This document shows, piece by piece, positions 55,001 to 64,000 of a stretch of 64,000 nucleotides of DNA. The translations under genes and the position numbers were made by a program. The stretch lies in NCBI GenBank assembly GCA_973851085.1, contig OZ316775.1:21266001-21330000 (forward strand), read 5' to 3'. Under the pieces are notes generated by a model. The model saw only the letters and a list, made by a program, of their open reading frames with translations. It was not told the DNA's origin and ran no database searches. Every line of letters starts with the position of its first letter. The stretch's first letter is position 1. The DNA is from Ptychomitrium polyphyllum (Eukaryota).

Positions 55001-58000
55001 TTAGAGGAAGAATATCCGAGCCCCAGAAAAATTGAACTCAATCAGTTCCAGCTCCATTAGATAAGCGCTCAATCTTTTTACAGCCTGCAAACATCCATTC
55101 AACCACACAATCAATTCATACAAAGTTTTTCGATCTTACTCTGCTTAACAACTAATCCAAGAAACCACAGATTCACCTTCAGCATGGTCTATTTGTTATT
55201 AAACAAACTGTATATCATGATTCTGCATGTATCATTGTATCTGCAACTTTACGGAATCGTAGGTCAAGGATTTTCATTAATCCTCGCAGTAGCCACTGAT
55301 TTTACTTACTTCCAATCACATTTTATGAAGGTCTATTACAAGCTATCATCTAAAAGAAACCTCACTCGGCTGAACTGCTGATGATAGTCTTAAGAAATAT
55401 AAAAACAGCTACAAACCACTTGGTTGAGAAGGATACCATCTGTATATTATGGGCATCTTCTTCGGAAACAGAAGCAAGTTTTTGACTCCAGACCTGCAAG
55501 CCCATGAGGCCATTTGCTATGTTGTCCATGTCCAGATTATCTTCTAAGCGTGCCTTCTCAGCTGTGTAGTGTTTCTTCACACTATCGAACCAGTACAGCG
55601 AATCAAATTGCTTGTCCTGCCCCAATACCTGGATTTATAAATAAGAAGTCAAGTGCCAGTATGCCAGGCTTCAAGGTGGCTGGCTACAATGCCAGAAGAT
55701 ACACAAGACTACCACAATTCATAAAAGTGGCGTAACGTGTGTAAAACAAATAAGCATTCGAAAAAATGATAAATACCAAATGAAGAACGCTTCCACCTTA
55801 TGTCCACAATTTTCAGATGATGAACAGTAAATTACGGATGTTAATCCCCAGATAACAGCTAGCACACAGCACATCGAAATTCATTCGAACTCAGTTGGCT
55901 AGGTAGAATCCACTAAAGTCTGTCAATTTACCTTGAGTAGGTACGCAAGTCCCATAACAAAACCATCGTCTGTAAAGAGAGCGTCCGCTGAACTTCGCGT
56001 ACGTTTTGAGAATTTCGATTTTGCTCGAACCATGGCTTCTACAGCATTGATAATTAAAGCCGGGACAATGAACACAAACTCCTTCAAGTGAATGTTGCCA
56101 TCGCTTTGCAGACCCTGCACCAAACCCAGCAGTTGAGCAATAAGCCACTACCATTAAACAGGGAAGAGCCATAAGTCCATTGGCCATTTGCAACATCGTA
56201 CTGCGACCATATCCAAAGAAGAGATTTATAACCCACCTGAGAGAAAACATTTACAAGAATGTTGAAGTAACTAGTCTCATCGACTGACATGTTTTGGCTC
56301 TCCAAGGCCGCATCAAGGAGTTTCCCAGCCCGCACTGCCTCTGGGACCATGCAGAGGTTCTTCGAAGCCAGCTCAAAGCTAGTATTCTTACCCTCTTGTA
56401 CATGTCTGGCACACGCAAGTTAAACCAAGGAGTTCTTAAGTTACTCTCGACAACAGCCACTGCACAAGCTTACACCAAGCTTTAAAACCATATGAAATAC
56501 AGCTATACAATCTATGCTAGGTCGTGTAGAAATAAGAGAAAAAAATCCTATAGCAAGTAACCCACATGCCTGATGCGAGAAAATTGCAGGTGTTAACGGT
56601 GGGTCAATCAATTGGATTCAATTGCATGACTGTTGACCACCTGAGAACCAGATTTTTGCATATCCCAACAATACAGCCTGGAGCAAAATGAGCTGCCCAA
56701 TTCCATGGATTCATGCTTGAGTACTTAAGAGAGCCATCTGACTCTCTGATGAAACCGACGATCATTTACTCATATGATACTGGTGACTAGTTCATCATAC
56801 TGAAGTAACGAGATTCCTAGTAGAGAGGAATTCCGCCGTACGTACCCGGAAGCCAAACTGCTGTAACTAAGTCCTCCAAGGCGCACCATGCGAACAAACC
56901 CAAGTGCGTTACCAATCTCAGCAATCAACATCCGGAACTGGTCCATGTAACTGTGGCCACTTTCATTGCTCCCCAATTTCTTTATCTCGTGGTTCAGTTT
57001 CTGTGCTCTTGCAACTGGATACTCTCTCCTCTCATTCCCTTTGGTTTCCTGACATATATTCAACAGAAATGTGAGGAAGGCATTATGCCATGGCTTTGAA
57101 AAATTAATACAACAATAAGAAAGACATCTTTCAAGAAATAAAAAGGATGATTGGAAAAAAGTGGGAATTAAGAACCTTGCTAAAACGGTACTCCTTGACA
57201 AGCCTTGACTTGATGTGATCATCATAGAGGAACTGGGAAAATGCTACAAACTTCTGTGCCAGGAACTGGTAGGTGAAGTTAACAGTTGTACTGATTATGC
57301 CAGTGCCATGAGTACGAATTGAATTAGCCACATGCTTTACATTAATTGTATTGATGTGCTTTCTGTAGGCCGCACTTGATAACCTCTCTATGAACACCTG
57401 CGAGCATCAATCAAGGAGAAGACCAAATTCATATTGTCACAAATCCTGGGGTGCACGTCATATATAATAAATTAATAGATACCTTCGAGTATAAGTGGTG
57501 GGTCCAGATGCCAGTAGTTGCAGTTAGTTCGAATGATGGTCACTTTCAGAATATGCCATTTCATTCCAAGTTGTGTTCAGGAAACAACCTTGCTTAGAGC
57601 GTATCACACCAAGGACTTGTAACACTTAGTCACATAGATCAAGCCCAACAGAGGCTAGCTTATGATATCATAAAGATCAAAGACGCACGGAGTGAAGTCT
57701 GAATTTACAACCTCTATTAAATTGAACTCGTCTTAGAAACTTCGAGGCACTGAGAGAAGGGACAAATAACCTGTGTATTTAGGTTGTACGTATAAGATGA
57801 CACAAAATTGTGGATATTGCGCATAATATCCAACACATCAACGCCTTGTTCCAGTGTCTGACATGGCAAATGAATGTCATCTAGTTCCAAACCGTATTTC
57901 TGCTCAGCCAGTTGTCGCATCTCGCCATAGGTCTGCATCCAAAGAATTAAAAATCACATTCCAATAACACAGTTTCCGACAAAAACAAGAAATGAACAAA

Positions 58001-61000
58001 CTCAATCATTGATACTTCGCACTATGAGGCACAACTCACCTTCCAGTTATGAAGGGCCACAGCAGCATGGTTGTAGAAAGCAGCATTCAGGTACATCTCC
58101 ACACGAGTCTTGATATGAATATACTTGGTCTCCAGTCGCAAAGGCTTCACTTGTAAAAAACAGGACAAATCTCGCACTCCTGTCTGCAACGATCGCCTCC
58201 TCAGGAATATTTTCAAATAATCGAGCAGTAACTGACTAACACTAGAACCTTAGAGCTATTTGGTGATAAATCACAACCTCTTATCACCTCCAACGTGATT
58301 AGCTCCTTCATAGGGAAGCTTGCTGCACCACCAAAATTGAAGGAGAGTATATAATGAGAAATGCAAGACATGCATGCCAAACATAAAGGAAAATACCTTT
58401 GTTGGATTAACATTAACAGTGCCTTTCAGATGTGCAGAGTGAACGTGTAGGCGTAGATCGGTCTCAATATCACGACAGAGAGGCATCACAACTTCCTGCT
58501 AACCAAGACAAGTTAGGTTGGCCCGCACAGCGAATAAGACGAAGTAGGTTAGTAGTACTTCAGAAGCAAAAATTATCTTCTATGGAACGATTATGCTAAG
58601 CCTAAGACCAGAAGCTTACATTGATTATACCATCTTCAAGTTCTTTCTCGTAGGATTCAACAACATCCACTTCAGCATGTCCAAGTTTCAGAAGCTTGAT
58701 GCCATCTTTGAATGCACTAACCACGTGCTGGAGACTCCGAGCTTCATGAGTCTGACTATAAATCAAGGAGACGCATGTAGGCATCATCTCTCGAGACCAG
58801 TACAAAAACCCACAATCTGTTGAAGATTCCACAAGCGTATGAATGTTGGCCGCCATGTCCATCAACAAGCACACTTCTAGAATGTCCACAACTATTTCCT
58901 CAGGGAGTTTATTCTGCAGAAACATATAATGTTATCGTCACAAAAGTTTAACAAGAAATTGTGATGTGAAGCTGAAGCACAAATCAATTTTGATAGTAAG
59001 AAAATCATGTAGCTCAGCAACAGTGAACTAGATTCATAGTCTGCGTAGAAGTTTACAAAGGATGGTAACAATTTCACATTATTTCAAATATTGCTTACGA
59101 GACCAAAGAGTGTGTCAAGACATATATGCAAGACTGTGCGTCGTTGCAAACTGGGACATCCCTGCAGCATCTCCACTGCCAAGTCCACCTACATCCCCTC
59201 CATCATATCCGTAAGAACCAGATTATGTCAGGTGAACCATGTCAAATAAATCTGCAAAAACAAGTCATAAGAAGATAAAAGGACTGTCCAGATTGTAAAC
59301 CCTCACTAAAACGTAAGTGAGCACACATTTCGGTTTCCAAAAATAGGCGTCAATTTCGAAGTAGAAGATACTTACCGCTGCCAAGGCATCTTGAATCTTA
59401 GTGTCCAAGTCCTTCCCACCTGTATCATAACCAAGAGATGAACCACAGTTGATAAAATTCTTAAAAAGGCAGCCTACCCAAAAATACAGTGATGACAAGG
59501 AGCCGAACAAATCATATACCCGTGTAGGACACAACCAACTCAATACACATTAATATAACACATCTTCCACTATGGAGGACATTCACTTGACCAAAACCGT
59601 CAATGACCAGGAGGCTAAATAGAAGATAAGTACAGGACAATCGATGCAATATATTTCATCTGCCCATATGCAACGAAAGATCGTCCATATTACAAGGACG
59701 TAGTGAACGATATACAAATAAGACTAAATGATACAATCTTCCTCTCAACTTATTACAATCAGTGGATGTTGTGACTGGACACGATTATTCAATTGTATTG
59801 AGAAGAACAGTTGGGGAAGATTCAATTGCAAATTACAATTCTCAGAGAGACATTCAATGCCCATATAGTTCATCAGCATGATTACCTAAGTTGGCGTCTA
59901 AAACAGGTCCTCCGACAAACTATCCACAAGTCAAAGTACGAAAGAAGAGGAGAGGGTGCTTTACGAGTGAAGGAGCGAGCAAAAAGATGTAAACCGCTGG
60001 ATTTAGAACCCGCTTCGATTTCAGCCTCTAGCTGCGCCTGCATGCTTATCAAACCAGTTTATTTGGTCCTTCCAGATTCTAAAAAGACAAAGTTCAGGAC
60101 AAGTTGCTCGAAATGACTCCTATGAATATAGAGTCCCACAGCTTAAATAACTTCTTGGTGCACATTGCACCTAGTATACAAGAACCAAATTCTGATCTGA
60201 GATCACGTGGACAAATAGGCCGCATTACCAGCCAATATACAAATCCGCAAAGAAAGAAACTATACCTACCTTGAGTGACAAGAGATGCTTTTGGATTTGA
60301 GTTTGCGCTAGCTCTAAGATGTTGCTCATTGCTTGCACTGTTTCACTATTTCGTCTGTGATATACTGCCCTTACTACCTGTACAGCAAACGAATACCCAT
60401 TTGTAAGGTGCGGAAATAGTGTGTTCTTCATCATGACTGTCATCATTAACATAAACTACTATTGACACCACTCGATGTAATACAGAAGATTGTTACACTC
60501 CAACAAAAAACACCTCCATCATGAATAAAACTGCAGATTGAATCCTATTGGCCAATCAAACATCTTGAGCGAGAATCCCAAGTAGTACAGTCCAAGATAG
60601 TTTAGCAGTTAAGGGTCAACGATCTAACAGTCAACAAATAATTGGATGCAGGCAGACGGGTTGTTTCCTACGTTCTACTTGAAGAAAAAGTACAACAATT
60701 GCCGTACTAATATGTAAAGTTCGAGAACCCTAATAATGCTATAATTTCAGAAAGAAACAAACCTGAAGCAGTTCTGCAGCATGTCGCAGGCTACGTACTT
60801 GGTCTTTACTCAGCGGTTCCTGCAGTTCAAAAAACAAGACTTAACGGTTTACGACTGGGATGTTTACAGAACCTGGAAAAAGGACCCATGAATTTTTTAC
60901 GATGCACTTAAGGAACTAGAGGATCCGTTGTTTAGACTGAGACTCAATTATGAGATTCAATTATCTCGCTTAAAGGGGACGCATTAAGCAACTATTGAAT

Positions 61001-64000
61001 GATTCGATTTTGAAAACAGGTTTACGTTGGCATAATTACTTACCTCCAAAGCTACATGACAATCAATAGTGGCCCGAATTATGTGTTGAAGACTGGTGGC
61101 TAGAAACACGCCCTGGTGTAAAAATGTCAAGATACCATGCTTAAAAGAATATGGAGTTCAACACACCTTCAACATCAGGAGACAATAAACTTAGTAACAT
61201 TTGCAATTCAAAAACAAAGAACTGCATGGAAAATTTGCGAGCAATTGGTTGCTGTATAAATTGCAATTTGATTAGTCAAGAAACAGGTTGCATTCATCTT
61301 CGTAGGATCAACCCCGACTTTAGGGCGATCCTGAGCAAATAGATCGTACGTAAAAGCAAATCAATTCAGTACCCTTCCACAGTTTGTTTTCATGCAATTC
61401 TCGTTTTAAATAAAAGATGGCCAGTACCACGCGTAAACCTAGATAGAATAAGTTCAGGCGCTTGAGAGTTCTTACTAAAAAGCATAGCGTTTCAATGGAG
61501 TTCTTGTCAACATTGAAAAACTACATTCAGAATGGCCCAAGGAAAAACTACACGAACGTGCTAACTTACTAGAACATAACGCTTTAGTACAATTGAAGTA
61601 CCTGAGCAAATTGTTTCAACCTCATTTTCAACAGAGCATGAATTGCTAGTCGTTGTACCTGCATGTCACATGTAGAATAAGAGAACATATAACTAGTGTA
61701 CTAAGGACATGCATAGTCATAGCAAACATTCGTTATTCCCTCAATCATACCCATTTTATGTATTCCTTACAAAATAGCAAGAGACAATGGTCAAATATAG
61801 CATTGCCATATACAGAAGACAAAACTCCCGTTGAAAATGATAAGAACATAACATAAAACAAATAGATTGCTACCTCGAGCTTTGCATCTCGTACGAAGAG
61901 TAGAAGAAATGCCAGTGGATTAAGATCTGGACAAGTAAATTTTCAAAACAAAGAAGCATTGAAGGCTTACAGTAGGTGATACCGTCGAGTCAAATGACAC
62001 GAGCCAATTCACCAGTGCACTCTGAATGTTCTGTGCGCTCCTGAAAGAAAATATATTAGTTCCACTTCAGAGGACCTTTCCCAAAGAAACACAAAGTCGA
62101 CACGATGAAAATTCACGTCTCTTCGATTCCAGTCTGTTTGCATAACTCCATAGTCAAAATAGACGCATAATATGCTTAGAATTCAGAGAACGACTTCAAT
62201 ATTTAACAATGGTGCAAATCGGAATTCCGCACTTTTATGCAATACTAATCCAGGGCTTTCCATAATTAGGACCTGCTGAGCGCTTCATCCAGGCTTGACA
62301 AATAGGCTCGATTGACTGCCCCAGCATCTTTCCGAGCCTCTCTCAAAAATGGGGCAGCAAGAGACCAGGGCGGCAGTTGGGCCCTTAAGAACTCCAAACA
62401 GGTAAGTTGCGTACTACAAAACACATGAATAACAGGTGCCCTCTTCAGAATGTCCATGACAAGCTTTGTAACCTTCTTTTCTGGCGCAGAATCAACTACA
62501 ATACACATGCCAAACATAACATACGCGTGTGGTACTTAGTAAAACATGATTTTAATAACAAATGAAGCTTAAGGACAGACTTATGGCAAGAAGAATCACA
62601 CCAGCTTATACTTAACGACATTAGCTTCGTTTCAAAACCAAATTTAAGACCTACAAAAACCCACGAGCCGTGTGGTTCTTAATCCACGAGGACAGGTGCC
62701 CAAACAATTACAAAGCATTCAAAAGTAGGAACGTATTTCGAGCCAGTGTCGCTGAACTCAACAGAAGCATCGATACACATTTTATATTGACTTGAACATG
62801 TGCATAGGTACAAGACTCAACTGCTCATGGTGGAAGACTCGAATTTGTGGCCATGCACTCTTGCAACTTTAGAATAAGTATAGAGTCATACCAGTTATCC
62901 ATGAATGACATATAAAACCCGCAAGTAGACCTGCTATCTGCTCCCGATCGTGAGGCCGCTCTCTCATCGTATCTGGACACACAAACAACAAAATGAAGTG
63001 CTGCTCATTATACGTTCGAACAAGGCTTTTGTGAAGTAAGTTCTGATAATTCAAGGGCGCCTGCCAGATTTGACTTGAAGTTGACGAGAAATAACACGAA
63101 TATTAACAAATCACAAATTTTGAATGAGGAAGGACCAACCTCTAGCTCAATTGAATAGGGCAGATAAGACAACGACAGACTCTGAAAACGATTAGTCCTC
63201 TTACCAAGTCGAGAGATGCTTTGACTGAGGTTATCACGTAACAGGGTTGCGAATTCATCTAAAAATGGTTTGTTGCTTTTCAGATTTACCATCTCCGGAT
63301 TTCCATGAAAGTCCTCCTGCATGCACCTCTGCATTGATACAAGTCTTCATTCAGTACACCTCCACTCTAAACTATCACACTATGCTAATGGAAGTTTACG
63401 AGATCCTCTAGAGTATTTTGATCCAAGGCTGTGGAAATGAAGACAATTACTTGGAAGAGGCCAGCAGTCAAAACGTTGTCCATCTCATTGACAGCTCGGT
63501 CTAGTTCTTCTACATTCCCGGGCACCATGTCAAATCGAGATGGCTCGCCTCGTACCGAATGCAACATTCTGCCAAGCCGCCAAATAAATGTAAGGAAGTT
63601 AAAAATCCTACCGTCGCATGCTGGTGTAAAACCTAGAGGCCCCTTTTCAAACTACTAACCAAACAAGCTTCTGGTCGGCAATGAACAATGAAATCTGAAC
63701 AACAAACCAAGCTCACTCTCTATTAGTACAGGACAGTCCACAAACCTAAGTCACCCACTAAGCAAGTCACAGTTCGGCACTGTTTCGTGACTCATATAAC
63801 TGAAATTTGATCAATTCTAGATAAGAAGTTATTGCAAAAGATGCACAGACCTTGTAAAGAGGGACATTGCATGGCCAATGCTGAGGTTCTGTGAGATTAT
63901 CTCATCTACTGTAGCAATGATTGTGAATCCATCCACCAGAGAAGAGAAGACGGTTCGGAGATGGCAAGACAGGAAGTAAGAGCGAGGAGCATCGTTCCTG
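55001..64000 (-). CDS. WASHC4: WASH complex subunit 4 (SWIP/KIAA1033/WASH-7) homologue; many exons; 5' part outside the window
   Basis: Exon translations [190 protein letters not shown] and [12 protein letters not shown] (55001-55003) match SWIP signature segments. Confidence 0.93.

Overview
Eukaryotic, intron-rich land-plant DNA. Gene content, intron style and AT-rich transposon-relic spacers suggest a moss such as Physcomitrium, but that is an inference. Seven protein-coding loci can be rebuilt by hand from GT-AG junctions: (1) a PepN-type M1 aminopeptidase (+, at least 30 exons, including consecutive 5-nt and 12-nt micro-exons at the catalytic Tyr); (2) a PX-domain plus Rubicon-homology protein (+), preceded by four stop/start-overlapping uORFs; (3) a PTST3/FLO6-like coiled-coil CBM48 starch protein (-); (4) ribosomal protein L7a/eL8 (+); (5) a KCR-type very-long-chain 3-oxoacyl-CoA reductase (-) with one apparent frameshift in exon 1; (6) an FRO ferric reductase (+); (7) the 3' part of a WASH-complex subunit SWIP/WASHC4 homologue (-, runs off the window). 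The spacers hold decayed transposon relics, a four-copy dispersed repeat (two copies inverted next to a 100-N gap) and short tandem duplications. I saw no rRNA, tRNA or CRISPR array and cannot support a new multi-gene system. The best leads are the uORF chain, the frameshifted KCR, the plant SWIP homologue and the micro-exons. All homology calls come from recognising motifs by eye, not from database searches.
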